Positions 46,693-63,600 of a stretch of 64,000 nucleotides of DNA are shown here, piece after piece (the stretch's first letter is position 1; every line of letters begins with the position of its first letter). This DNA is from Lobosporangium transversale. Its lineage: Eukaryota. Made by a program: the position numbers and the translations under genes. Location of the stretch: NCBI RefSeq assembly GCF_002105155.1, contig NW_019028996.1, positions 620,001 to 684,000 of the forward strand, given 5' to 3'. The notes beneath the pieces are model-generated. The model was not told the DNA's origin and did no database searches. It was given only the letters and a program-made list of their open reading frames with translations.

Positions 46693-47957
46693 GCATCTCT
46701 ATCAACTTTCATACAGCAACCTTTCCATCCCTTATTAGGGAGGATCATTCTATCACACAGCTCGGGTCACTTTTATAGCAGAACCATGGAAGCAGCTGAG
46801 AGAGCAAAGGCGTATTGCAAACTAAACAGTAATATCACTCTTCAAGTTCCCTATATTACCAATCCATGCTCGAACAATGGGTTCAACGTCCGTTTTTCTG
46901 ATGACCTCCACAATCTCTTGGATCATAAGGATCATTCCCTCAATAAACTTTTTAGAATAAGGACCACGGACCATTTCAAGCACCCTTTTTACAAAATGCA
47001 TCGAAAGCGATTGGTCCATTTTACGAGCATGCACTTGAATATAGTCTAGTACTGGCATAACATAATTCAACTGAGCAAGATAGATCATCCTGTCCAAAAT
47101 GGATTTCCGATAGGTCATCTATCATAAGGAATAAAAAAAAAAAAAGCGTTGTTTTTAATTATTTGGAGGCTCAACAAGATGATCACACGAAAACGTGCCT
47201 TTAGTTTTTTTGAAGGACATGTTCCGAGTAAATTAGCATTACCATAATTTCAGGGTTCAGCTCTAGAGGCGCCTCAAAAAAGTCAACTAACGTGGCAAAC
47301 ACTGGGGCCTGCTGTAGAGGATGTTTAAAAGCCATCTGTGGAACAGAAAGATATAATAATGGATGCTTTAGATCGTTATATATATAAAAACAAGAGGTTA
47401 GTTAACATCACTTTGTTACACCCACCTCTTCAAGCAGTAACAAAGGAACAGGCACCTCATGGCTTCTAAAATAAGTTTCGATGTAGCTTGTCTCTTTAAT
47501 TACAAATTGAATCCAATAGAGTAATGCCATGGAGGCGACCGGCGTCCTAGAGAGATGACACGAGATTAATTACAATAAAGGATGAATAAGAAACATCGAT
47601 AATGTCAACCGGATACTATTCCATGTTTTGTCCATATTCTGTGAATGCGTGATTATCATTGTAAAGGCAGGAGAGAGAGGAAAAAAAAATTGAACGCATA
47701 CTCAATGGCAACTAAAAGATTCCCTAAAATAGGGGTCAAGTCTGTCCCTGCAGTTCGTTTAGATAGCGTATCCTCTAAAGCACTTAAAGCCTCATATGTT
47801 GGCTGAACTTCCGATTTATCCACAATCACTTCTTCTTCCTCATGTACGCTGGCTGCATAGGCCATCAGCCAAAGGTACTTTTCCTTATGATCTTGTTTGA
47901 CAATACCACCTTTAAAGCTTGGGACAAAAATTGAGGACAACATGATTTCTACAAATG

Positions 47958-47992
<35 letters not shown>

Positions 47993-49678
47993 TTGTCAGT
48001 ATATGTGTCATCAAGCCATTATATCATCTTAAAAAAAGTCTTACCAAAAAAATCAGGATCGCGTAGAAAGTACGCAGATGGTGGGTCATCACTCGTGTAT
48101 GCTCTGTGTAACTGAAACAGTAGTAAAAAGGAAAGAATAAAGAAAAAAATCCAAGCATCATTTATATAATAGTTAATGCTGAGAATAAACAGAAATACAG
48201 AAAGGAAAAGAGAAAGGGGGTGGAATAAAGCAAAAAAAAAAAAAAGAAGAAGACATACCAGCATTACGTCCCCAGGAGAAGGAATGCGTGATTGAAGAAT
48301 AGCTGAAATGGCGCTTGCTACGGCTGATGACGCGCCTGCGAGCAACATTCTCAATATCGACACTAACGGAGGCCTGAGATGTCGCGAGATGGTGCAGATA
48401 AAATATAGAGCAAGACAGGTACATTAGTCTTTTTTTTTTTTTTTTTTTTTTTTTTTCAGTAATTATATTGTCGATTTGTCGTTGCCATTGATACTACAGC
48501 TTACTTATTGAACTTTTCTAGTACGCCTGATTCGAGTTCTTTTGATATTCGCTTTAGAGGTAGTCCTCTATCTGTTTTCATCAGACGAAAGAGTAGGACC
48601 TGCGTATACAAGTACGTGTGTTCGCTTTGGCAACAGACTTTCTAAGAAACCATAAAAACAATTCAAATATGGGCCACTGTAAGGAGTTTATATACCTATA
48701 TCACTATCGTAAACTGTAGTTTAAATACACATGGTTCTTACCACCAGATCCGGCAACCGATCTGAGAGTCCAACATCGTCTTCATCTCTAAGCTTGTCCA
48801 GAGAGTCTAGCAAAACTCCAGAGAACACATTCACAAACGTCGATGCTGTTGCTACGCGAGAGATTTCTCCTTGGTATCCTGCATCTGAAATACGCTATTG
48901 TATATACATCAATAGATACGGATAGTGAGGGTCATTAGATTCTTTACAATGCTTGGAATCGCTGATGAGCTTTGAGCAAGATACAGGCCAAAATGATATA
49001 CCTGAATTGCGAAATTGAGTAGCGCGCATTTTTGATGTTTCTCTGAGAGTTCATAAATGACAGATCTCCAGAAAGTATGCTGAATCATGACCAACAACCA
49101 GTCTGGAGTTCCCTAGAAACAGACCATAAAAGGTAGAGAGATAATTGATGAGCATGGCCATTTGTGCCGCCGAAAAAAAAAAATAAAAAATAAAAAAATA
49201 AATAAAAAAGATACATACAGAACCTGACATGAAATCTTTGTCCACACTTTCAGGGTCAAAACGCTCCATGAGCTGCTCTTTAAGGACCTCTTGCATTATC
49301 TCTGCAGGGTCAAGATCAAATTCTCGCGCCCAGCCTGACATCAAGTTGCACATCTCTGGCATACCAACATAGCTGTTGGACAAGGCGTTGACAAGCATAA
49401 GTGGTTGACCACCTTCTTTAATAAAAGTCGGGATTAGATCATAGATCTTTGGCTCCAGAATAGAGTCAAGTCCTTGAAAGAATTGCATCATTGCCTCCAT
49501 ATTATTGCCAGTATTACTGCTATTACTGCTGCTTCCAGCGCTATTGGGTCTCTGAACAAGAAGTCAGAAGAAAAGGAGAAAGGTACATTGTTAGTCGGAT
49601 CGGTGCAAAATCGTATTGCGAACATGAGAAATCAGTACACATGTTGTTGGTGTTGTATCCAAACATTACAGAAGTCAT
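46532..49678 (-). CDS. NELFCD: TH1-like / negative elongation factor C/D (NELF-C/D) homologue, multi-exon
   Basis: DSILEPKI...GGQP..LVNALSNSYVGMPEMCNL..GW; FDPESVD; TPDWL..MIQHTFWRSVIYELSEKH.KCALLNFAIQ|RISDAGYQGEI; CQSEHTYLYTQ; PSPGDV..LHRAYTSDDPP...LRDP; ILDRMIYL; GPYSKKFI. All resemble animal TH1L/NELF-D segments. Confidence 0.85.
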
Positions 49679-50221
49679 GTCAATGAGGGTCTGGATTGAA
49701 CAGAATGTCAATCAAAGGTCGTGTAAGAATTAATTTCCAATGACGCTCACTTCTGGGGCGACGAGGCAACTCCAACCACCATCGAAAATTATTGCCACTA
49801 TACTAATGTGGCTTAATTTTCACATGACGTGCAAAAAGTGCAATTTGGACAGTGCATGGTTGAGATCACCTTTGTTTCATTTCCATCATTTTCTTCAACA
49901 TCAGAAAAATAGCCAAAACAATTTCATTGAATATTATTTTTTTTAATTCAAATTTGGGATGGAAAATCTACTCATGTCCGTTTCAGCCTGACACATGTTG
50001 CAGAGATTTATCGTGATAGCAGACACAGCCAACATCACTGTTACGGGTATTGATCCCATTTCAACTGTGCATTGAGAGGATATCCAAAATCATTATCGCC
50101 AGCGGATTTGAGTACGAACGCAGGATGACGGCAAACAGGACTTATTGTTAATCTCCACAAAGGATCTTGTTGATATAAGCATTCTCGTTAGAACAAACTA
50201 TTTTCCAAGATTCTGAAAAAT

Positions 50222-50275
50222 CAATCAGAATCAGAATCGGAATTAGAAATCAGAATCATAATCAGAATAGAATTA
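50222..50275. repeat. Degenerate (AATCAG)n hexamer repeat
   Basis: caatcagaatcagaatcggaattagaaatcagaatcataatcagaatagaatt. Confidence 0.7.
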
Positions 50276-51125
50276 AAAGACGGGATCAGCGGTCGAGAGA
50301 ATGAGTACAGAAATCAAAGTCGAGGAGGAACTCAATAATATTTACAGTTAGTTGAATACAAGACGAGGTTGACTATCTACTCCTATTGCAATGCGCTTTG
50401 TCGGCAATTGTGAGGATGACTGAGCACCTCACTTGCATAAGGTCTCTTTAGAAATTGGCCATAAATCAGTGTAATAGCCATAGCAAAAACCCTCAGAGTC
50501 AAGGCTTTGTAGTGTGCGGTAAAGCCGTAGTTCATTAATAAAGGGGAAACGGAGTATGAAAAATATTCACCCCTTTGAATGGCTATATACTCTACAACAA
50601 AAAGGTTTTCAGTAATAACTCAGGATATCGCAAAAGAGATTTCTGGCGGTCGATGTCACGCCATTCTCAATGTTCAATTGGCAAAAGTCATTGACGATAT
50701 CTCTTTGTCCATACCACAATCGGAACTTGCTTAGGAAATTAGGATTGCTATCCGGACTCATTCTAGTAAACTGCTGGAGCATATAGTATTTACAATCGTA
50801 ACAGGGTTTTACGATTCGAAATTAGTTTAGTCTAGTACTCTGGCTGAATAAAAATTAAATATATCCCCGAGCACCAGTATAATGGAGACAAACCTTCTGG
50901 AGATTCACTTTGGCGACGACAACGACACAATGGCTTTGGAAAAAGGATACATTCAGATAATAATGGGACCACCGAATAAAATTGCCACCCAAGGCAAACT
51001 TTCTGTCCTCAATCTTCTTTTGGTGACGAAATCGCACTGTTCCTAGCGATGGTCCACCTTTTGTGGAGCCACACGTGGTACTGTAGAAATGAAGTACATG
51101 TGTGTGGAAAATTTCATACATGTAA

Positions 51126-51808
51126 ATGAATATGGTTGTCGGGAAATACAAAAAGTTTGAGCCATATCACAAACAGTTCCTCCATCATCGAAACTTCTGC
51201 TGGGCAAGATCTATACACTATATCCAATATACTACGAACGTATGGAGATTGAATCCATGTGATTACATTCGATGTTTGCAATTGGTACCAAATATCCGTG
51301 GAAGCCCTCGAATAGATTCTTGGCAAATGAGTTTTCAGAGGTGCTATGGACATGCAGATCGTTGGTCCTTGGTGAATTAGTGACAACATCATTTTGTGGC
51401 ATCGGTCCAGGCAAGCCAAATTGTGTGGGTACCTTCATCTGTGGTGACCAGATATTGAAAGAAAATGCAGCAGATGAAATATGGTTGGATTTCTTTGCAA
51501 ACAGTAAGTTATTGGTTGTCATAAGTTCTAAATCATTATTAGGATATGGCAGAATATAAGGGGATTTGGAGGGCGATGTTCGGTACGATCGACGACGCTG
51601 GGTGATTTTTACGGAAGGAGTGATTAAAAATGTTGGATTAGGAGGAGACAATCCAGGTAGAGAAGTACTTTATGGTCCTTCTTTTAATTTCCGTAAATGG
51701 AAACAAAACCTTCAAGCCAAATGTCCTCCTTACGACTCATTCAAGGGTCAATTTTATTACAAGATGAAATATGAAATGATGTCTGTTGAATTCGGTCATA
51801 CTGTATAG
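51126..51808 (+). pseudogene. Probable degraded gene remnant of unknown family
   Basis: Protein-like ORFs 51272-51559 and 51566-51808 are in the same frame, separated by one TAA. ORF 51126-51380 overlaps in another frame, suggesting a frameshift. Confidence 0.35.
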
Positions 51809-52620
51809 TAGTTGGTTGTAACGAGGACCTTTTCCTCGGGCCAGCAGGTAAAGGTTGCTCTTCCGGCTCCAAGCGCGAAGCCTCACGACAATATGATCGC
51901 ATTGATAAAAATCGTTAAACTTAGTCAGATCTAAACAAATCAAAATTAATAAAAAAAAAGGAGAGAGGAAGAGAGTGAAGGAATTAAATGTCGTGTGGTT
52001 GCAATCCATGCAGCCGTTATGCTCTTTTCTATTAAAATATGCCGATCAAAATAATCGAATGATCTTAAATATATCTCATCGAATAGATATAATTTCTGTC
52101 TTTGGATCTTGTAAAAGGAAAAAGGGAGGAAGAAGGAGCGGAGGGAGAAGAGAATAACTGAATATGAGCCATGGTATATACAATATCTACATGCATGTGT
52201 GTGGGAGAAAAATGAGTAGAGGGAAGGAAGAAAGAAGATTGAGGGATATGCAAGTCTTGTATTCAACAAAAAAAAAAAAAAAAAAAATTTTCAGGAACCA
52301 CCTTGGCATTGATCGTCTTCGCAACCATTCCCGTCACCCGTTATCATGCATTACATCCTGTTGTTGTTCCTTCTGTCTTTGAAAGAAAAGAAAAGGGGAA
52401 AAAGAACAAAGCACAGCTCTTTTTTTTCTTTCTTTCTTTCTTTCTCTTTTCTTTTAGTGTGGTTGTAAACTTCTTTTTAATCTTTCTCTTCCTTCCTTCC
52501 TTCTCTTCTCTCTTCTCTCTTCTCTCTCCTCCGCCTCGCCCCCCCCCCTTTTTTTTCTTCTTTGTACATTGTAATAATTTTTTTCCTTTCTTTTCCTTTC
52601 TTTTTGAAAATAAACAGTCC

Positions 52621-55596
52621 ATGTCCACCAATCCGACAAAGCGTCCTGAAACTAGCCAGGTCAAGAAAAATAGCGAGGATGACGATGATGACAGCGATGA
52701 GGATCAGGAGAGGCTATCACATCAAGGCACATCTACGTCTTTGAGTCGTCCTAGTAATGACTACATATCACCCCCTCTACAGCAACAACAGCAACCAAAA
52801 GGAACATCATTACTACAACAACATCAACTACTACAGCCTCAGCAACAGGAGCTACAAAGCGTGCATAGTAGCAATGTGTTATTGTCCGATGAACATCTTC
52901 AGACACAGAAGCTTTCACATACAGGCTTACAGGACAACAGTGACGACGCGTTCATTATTGAAATATCCTCATCTACTGGAATTTTCAGTCATAACAGCAG
53001 TAATGTTGGGGATAGTGACAATGATAATGGTAGTATCAGAGATCGAGAGACAAGATTAGATATAAGCAAAGCATATCTCTCTTCACCTCTTAACGATCGA
53101 AACCATCTTCACAGAGTGGGCGATCCAGGTAGTTTGGTCCGAAATGATAACAATGATGGTCGTTATAGCCTCAGCTGTACTCCCTATGTACATACCATAA
53201 CGCAAGAGCAACGGCTTTTCAAGAATGGCGATCAGATGCAGACACAATCCTTGCCCGTATCGAGGTCAGCCAGATTAAGACCTGCGTCAGACCAAGTCCT
53301 GGGCTATGCTAGCCATTTGGAGACAACAAGAGCAGGTAGGCTTTCATATCACCTTCAACAGCCTTGTGCCTCTTTCATGCCTTCTTGTTCCCTTCCTTCG
53401 GTCCCCATCACCATTGTCATTGATCCTCATGCAACCTTAACCCTACTGCCTACACTTATTCAGCCGTCTTCTTCAATGTTCACACTCCTTGTGGAAATGG
53501 CATCTGGTTCTCACACAAATGCATCACCCCTGCCTTCAGAGTCCCATAGAGACATCTCCATAAATCCGTCTCCAGTCCCAGTCTTTCGCACGGAAGAGCA
53601 AGTCGTGGTACTGACAGATCTTGAATCTGGTAACAGTCCATCCTTCTCTAGAATTCAGTCTGTGCAACCCACACCATTCCGCCGTGGTCATCGTCGGTCA
53701 ACCCAAACTATATCTATTTCAGCTTCTTCGCTCCCAAGCTTTATCCCGTCAGAACTACCTCCATGTGGAGATTCATTATCCTCATCCTCGCTTAATGTTA
53801 TCAAGCCTTGGAGGGAAAGTAGACCATGGTCACATAATGAAGCTTTGAGTCAGAAAGATGGATTAAATACAAAATCCTTCAATGACACGCATACGCAAAG
53901 CGGGACTTCAGTCGTTGCCGTGCCTGGTGATGCATCTGCTCTGGAATTCGATGCTTCCTCCCCCTCGCAGCAGGAACAACAGAGGCAACAGAGGCATGAG
54001 CCACTATATCATCGTCAACATCACCAACAGCGGATACCTTCACAACAACCAAAGCAACCCCAGCACAATCAACAGCATATAATACGGTCATCACTCTCAT
54101 CTGTGCAAGACCGTATCACTGCTCATTATTCGACCCCAAAGGACAGGATTCTACACTCACATCCACTCAGTTACCATGTTTACGTACCCTTCAATGAATC
54201 GTCACGCTCTTCTCCTCCCGCTCGGCCTCCCCACTCGACTATCCCACGGTTCTCTCGCTCACTGTCGCGTCATGTCTCGAGATCATTTCCTCCGTCTTCT
54301 TCCTCGTCGTTACCCCGGTCTTCAGTCCTGTCTTCTCCTAGTCTGATTCCTCGCCTCTCATCCTCCCGTTTCCCTACACGCCCGATTCGTCGTTATCCTC
54401 TTCATCCCAGATCAGATTCATTTGATCAGAACCAGGACGCCATAAAGCCGTCAGGTGTGCCTCAACCTGAACTCGAGCCTGGACCCGAGCCTGGATCCGA
54501 GCTTGAACCCCAACCTGAACTCCAACCTGAACCTCAACCTGAACCTCAACCTGAACTCAAGCCTGAACCCCAACCTGAACCCAAGCCTGAATCCCAACCT
54601 AAGTCTGGGCTTGAGCTCGAACTTGAGTCTACTCAACGATCGCAGCTGGCTTCGGGGTCAGGACAAAACATCTCTCTTCCGCCCGCTGTGGAATTGCTGG
54701 CTCTGGCGAAAATTAATACTCATCAGAGCTTATCAGTGGCGGAGCCAAGTTTAAAAGACCTATTTTCCTTGAAAAACCAACATTATCATTCACGTTCGAC
54801 TTGGAATGACGAGTTCGCACCGCCCATTCGACCGCCTACAATAGTCAGTCCATTGCTTAGATGGCCTCAATATCAAAAGCAACAGCAAGAACAAAAGCAG
54901 GAGGGGGAGCAGAAGCAGGGGCAGGAACATCCTCTAACCATTCCTCTTCGTCGTCGTCAAATATTACTTGCTGAAGCTATTGGTCCATACGAGGATACTG
55001 AAAACAGCCAAATTAACCCGCCACCCCCTCGACTGAGTGAATTAATGTTTCCCGCGCCTATGCCTTATGCATTCAACAACGTTGTTTCAGAGTCTGATTC
55101 TCGGTCAAATAGGTTTAGTCGGACGGTCCCATTCCAGGAAACTAGAAGTGGGCGTAGTGGTCATCTTCGGATCCGTGAGCCGTCTACCTATAGTATTCCT
55201 TCTGGACCAGACAGTATCCTCGCTGCCGTCATGGCTGCCAGTACCCTGCCAATGTCTGTAAATGCACCATCTGCATACTCCAGTAGTATTGCATCACCAT
55301 CCCATGAACCTATAGAGCCTCAGTTCTTAAGACACGACAATGGCATTAGGCCTGCGATACAAAGTGAATCCTCTTTAGGTATCGGAGCTAACATAGGCGA
55401 GAGCATAGTAAGCTCGAACACCACCATGAGTATGAACACGATTCATGTGGACACTGAATCCTCGACAACCACGAAGGAAGAAGCGACACCCAAGCGTAAA
55501 ATGACAATCGGCCAAAGACTCAGAGCTCGGTTTTCCTTTGGGTTCAAGAAGAAAGAGAAGAAAGAGAAGAAAGAGAAGAAAGAAAGGAAAGAGTAA
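52621..55596 (+). CDS. Low-complexity Ser/Pro/Gln-rich disordered protein, ~991 aa, intronless
   Basis: Likely start is ATG 52621 (MSTNPTKRP); the upstream part of the tracked ORF is a poly-T/pyrimidine tract. Basic C-terminus KKKEKKEKKEKKERKE. No domain recognised. Confidence 0.7.
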   Translation: MSTNPTKRPETSQVKKNSEDDDDDSDEDQERLSHQGTSTSLSRPSNDYISPPLQQQQQPKGTSLLQQHQLLQPQQQELQSVHSSNVLLSDEHLQTQKLSHTGLQDNSDDAFIIEISSSTGIFSHNSSNVGDSDNDNGSIRDRETRLDISKAYLSSPLNDRNHLHRVGDPGSLVRNDNNDGRYSLSCTPYVHTITQEQRLFKNGDQMQTQSLPVSRSARLRPASDQVLGYASHLETTRAGRLSYHLQQPCASFMPSCSLPSVPITIVIDPHATLTLLPTLIQPSSSMFTLLVEMASGSHTNASPLPSESHRDISINPSPVPVFRTEEQVVVLTDLESGNSPSFSRIQSVQPTPFRRGHRRSTQTISISASSLPSFIPSELPPCGDSLSSSSLNVIKPWRESRPWSHNEALSQKDGLNTKSFNDTHTQSGTSVVAVPGDASALEFDASSPSQQEQQRQQRHEPLYHRQHHQQRIPSQQPKQPQHNQQHIIRSSLSSVQDRITAHYSTPKDRILHSHPLSYHVYVPFNESSRSSPPARPPHSTIPRFSRSLSRHVSRSFPPSSSSSLPRSSVLSSPSLIPRLSSSRFPTRPIRRYPLHPRSDSFDQNQDAIKPSGVPQPELEPGPEPGSELEPQPELQPEPQPEPQPELKPEPQPEPKPESQPKSGLELELESTQRSQLASGSGQNISLPPAVELLALAKINTHQSLSVAEPSLKDLFSLKNQHYHSRSTWNDEFAPPIRPPTIVSPLLRWPQYQKQQQEQKQEGEQKQGQEHPLTIPLRRRQILLAEAIGPYEDTENSQINPPPPRLSELMFPAPMPYAFNNVVSESDSRSNRFSRTVPFQETRSGRSGHLRIREPSTYSIPSGPDSILAAVMAASTLPMSVNAPSAYSSSIASPSHEPIEPQFLRHDNGIRPAIQSESSLGIGANIGESIVSSNTTMSMNTIHVDTESSTTTKEEATPKRKMTIGQRLRARFSFGFKKKEKKEKKEKKERKE
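54461..54600. repeat. 12-bp tandem repeat (cctgaacyccaa-like) encoding PE(L/P)(Q/K) repeats
   Basis: PQPELEPGPEPGSELEPQPELQPEPQPEPQPELKPEPQPEPKPESQP. Confidence 0.85.
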
Positions 55597-55658
55597 CATT
55601 TTGTCTATCTCCGGCAGTGACAGCTCTTAGTACATTAGATTTCCATTTTTTTGCGTTG

Positions 55659-55699
<41 letters not shown>

Positions 55700-55817
55700 T
55701 ATTTCTTCAACTGTATTTTATTATAGATTCGTTAGATTTCGTCAAAGCATGTAAACACAATAATGTATTTCTTTTTTGTATATTTTCCTTTTTTTGTATA
55801 TTTTTCTTTTTCTCTTT

Positions 55818-59672
<3,855 letters not shown>

Positions 59673-59844
59673 GATGTAACTTTCTCAAGGATAAATAATT
59701 GAACAGCGAGGAATGAGCCAGTAATAGACCAGTTCAATACTATTCAAAAGAGTGGGAGGGATGAGTAAAACAAACAATGGTGATAAAACAGGCTATGACC
59801 CAGGTTGTGTGTACCTGGTTTTTTTTTTTTTTTTTTTTTTTTAA

Positions 59845-59920
59845 TATTTACGCGCCCTTTGTTTGTTTTTCAAAAGCCACATTTTAATTAATGTAAACGC
59901 GCTCAAAGCGTGGTCGCGTT
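59845..59920. promoter_or_regulatory. Three CGCG-core (MCB/E2F-like) G1/S elements upstream of MCM6
   Basis: tttacgcgccc (~59847), aaacgcgct (~59895) and tcgcgtt (~59914) within 75 bp, 175-250 bp upstream of the MCM6 ATG. Confidence 0.55.
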
Positions 59921-60687
59921 GAGTTCGATTTTATCAAGTTCCAACTGTATCTTTCTTTCATTTTGAAAGACGGGAGAAGCCTGGATAGAAGCGATATTAT
60001 GACTTGCCCACTCTGTCCGCTGATCAACTGATGGGCTCGTGCTACTCTATTGAGACTGGTTTGAATAGTCAGCAACAGCAAAAAGAAAACAGTAAATGAG
60101 AGGTCTTGACTGCATATGGTCATTATGGACCACGATTGCGTTGTGCTCTATGAGTGCACCATGCAGATGTAATGTAAGGACTGGATTTGATCTAAATATC
60201 CGAAGTAGTCTCATGTTGCGAGAGAGTACATCATCACTTTGGAAAGAGTTTTATCTGTTTTAACTTCTTTTTTAGTTCGTTAACACATACCACCTTTTTA
60301 AATGTTACTAGCTGCTGCTAGCCTCGGTTTCCTCAGGATATTAATCTATTCATATGCGTCCTTCCTTTTAGGGCCTTACTCTTGACCTCCATGATTAGGT
60401 TTTTTCTAACAAGAGCTACGAAACACACACAACAGCAACAGGGTTATCAGCATCATTTGGAAATGGTGAATGTTTGTCTACAAAAAATTTAATTAATTCA
60501 ATTGAATTGTGGCGTTGCACACATCTCATCTGTTCATTGCCTCTAGTTCATTATTCAGTTACTCGCTCATCCTTTCTTTCTCTCCCTCTCTTCTCTCGTT
60601 GTCTTTGTCCTACCCTTCCTTACTTCCCTACCCCATCCTCTCTCTCTCTCTCTTTCTCTCCCTCTCTCTTCCTCCTTCTCCCCATTC

Positions 60688-63600
60688 ATGTACCAACGGC
60701 CAGCTGTCACTCAACGCATCTCGTATGTGCTCCGCAAAGACGAGAACAGGAATGCTCATCTCTTGGGTGTTAATGCACTTGCCCTTGATACAACCACCCC
60801 TACTACACCTATTCAACCATCCTCTCTTACCACAAACATTGTCACTGCTAAGGAACGACGTCGACATTCTTCAAGGCATTATGTCCCAGGAGGCATTCTA
60901 TACACTGGAGGACGTGATGGCATGATTGCTGCCTGGGATTTGCATTTTGAGGTACATCAAGTACATTAATGTCTACACATCGGGGCATCTTAGTATTATT
61001 TTGGTGTTGCTGTGATTTCTCACGGGCATAAAGAAAAGCTCATGCTGTGAATGTATCTGAATTGTGTTCCTAGAGTAACTTGGATTTAAATACAACTTAA
61101 AATAGTCAATCCTAATATATGTATTTTATGTTTTACTGTATTTAGTCGCCTATTCCCCGTGATATACCTGGTGAAACTCCAGAACAGCCCAAGGTGAGTT
61201 TGACTCGAAAGTAGCAATGGGAATGTGGACGGCTTTCAGACATGACATCGTCAAAAATTCTGGTTTGATATTTGACTGATTATTTTTTTTCTTCTTTTAT
61301 TTCATTGATATGATACGCTATGGTACGATTGTAGGGACTTCCGCCTTCGACCTTTCGTCAGTCGTTCAATCATCATACGGACTGGGTGAATGATATTGTT
61401 CTATGTCACAATGGAGAGACCTGTAAGCGAGCATTTTTTTTTTTTTTAAGAAAAAAGAGCAAACTCACACATCTCAGACAATGGTGAATACTGCATGGGT
61501 ATCCTAATTTTATACTTATTTTTGCCCTCAACTTGTAGTGGTCTCGGCCTCATCTGATAGGACTGTTAAGCTAGTCCGGCCACACTCACATAATCCAACA
61601 GCAGCACACATCATTGGAACACACGGGGATTATGTGAAGACATTAGCTTATGCTTCAGGGCCGGGATGGGTTGCAAGTGGAGGATTAGACAAGACTGTTA
61701 ATATCTGGGATATCAAAGAAAGTCGGAGTACGCAATTCATTTCTCTTGGTAAGGAAAAATAAAATACAACCAATGAAGTGATACATCAAAGCACATGCAT
61801 ACGACGTATTGTCGTAGAGCAAGTACAATGATGTGGTGTGGAATAGCAAAATACATCATGTCGACATAAAAAAAACTATAAGGCACTTCTTTTCTTCTCT
61901 CTTTTTATGTGATTTCTGCTGAACGCGTTTAGGAGCCATTCCTGAGACTTCGTCAAAGGCATCCATTTATGCGCTTGCTTGCAATCCCATTGGAACGGTG
62001 CTGGCAACTGGTTCGCCTGAGAAGGTATGCATTTCTAATTTCTTCCATTTCCTTATGCCTACGCCTCTTTATTCTTACACAATGCTTTGTATCGGTGACT
62101 GTATAGATCATTAGGGTCTGGGATCCAAGATCAGGACAGCGGATTACTAAGTTTGCTGGCCACACTGACAACATTCGTGCACTCCTAATTAGTGAGAGCG
62201 GAGATACGGTAATAGCAAATAAAATTTATTTCGAACCCTTTTATTTTATTTTATTTATTTTTTTTTCAACAAGATTGTTTAGAAGGCTGGGGAAGAACTA
62301 TTACTATGTTCTATATCGTTTAAACCATTTATTTTTGATGGTTTAGATATTATCTGCATCCTCCGATACTACTATCAAGCTATGGTCTTTGACAGCTCAG
62401 AGATGCATTACCACATTCACCATGCACTCGGATTCTGTTTGGTCACTATACTCGGACCACCCTCAATTGGCTACTTTCTACGGCGGTGGAAAGGATGGCA
62501 TAGTCACCAAGACGGAAATCAATCGCTACAATCCTCAGCATCACAGCGATTTTGAGGATGAAGATCCTGGACAGTGTGTTGTCATCTGCAAAGCCGAAAC
62601 TGGTGTTGCTAGAGTAAGTTGTTCAGAGAAGTAAAAGGGCTCTTATGTAAAAAAAAAAAAAAAAAAAAAAAAATGTTACCCCGCCATAGCTTTAACCTTT
62701 TCGTGTAATGGACATAGTTGGTGGCGCATGATAATGCACGGATCTGGACTGCAACCTCATCAAGCAGTGTTTTCCAGTGGCCTGACATTCCTACGCGTGC
62801 TAACCGTGCGCCAGAAATGATTGCGTCTATTGTACCGGCCAATTTGCTTAAGATGAACCTCAATGAATCAACATTTACGGATCTAATTCCAGAGCACTAC
62901 TATCCGACTTCAACCGTCTATTCTGCAGCATCATTAGGATCACTCTTTGTTAGTCATCGCGATAAGCAAAGCCAGCATAGCTCTGAGGATGATGAGGGCC
63001 TTATCGCACCCATATTTGAAGATCCAGAGAATGTGATTGAAGGAGAGCATGGATTAATCAAACACACGCTTTTGAACAACCGTCGTATGGTTGTAACTGA
63101 GGATAAATGTGGCGAAGTGGCGCTCTGGGATATCATCAAGGTTAAGAGAGAAAAAAAAAAGAAAAAACTTCATACGCCAAGTTTTGGCCACATGTGCCTA
63201 TATAACTTACTCATCATCCAGCAGCCTTTTTTTTCCTCTTCGAACTACATCAGTGCATTCAATTGGATACATTTCCTGGACGTAAATTGGATGATGTTGT
63301 GAATGAGCTCAACACGATCGAGTCTGTGCCAACATGGTGCACAATTGACACACGCATAGGAGCATTGACAGTTCATTTGGATGAAGGCCGCTGCTTTGAC
63401 GCAGAGGTATATGTCGATGAAATCGAAGAAATACCTGACCCCGAGCGACCAGAAGACCAGAGAAGTATGCTGCTATGCTGCGGCCTTCCCACAGCCAGGG
63501 TTGCTGCTATTCATATCGTGAACCTTATTTTTTACTAACTTGCTTTCGCTTTTTTTTATCTGTAGTTGTCATTGGTAAATGGGTACTGAAAAATCTGTTT

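Noticed and set aside
52303..52620. Hydrophobic Phe-rich N-terminus of the 1097-aa ORF as TM segments
   Set aside because: It is translation of a poly-T/pyrimidine promoter tract from a non-ATG start. The likely start is ATG 52621.
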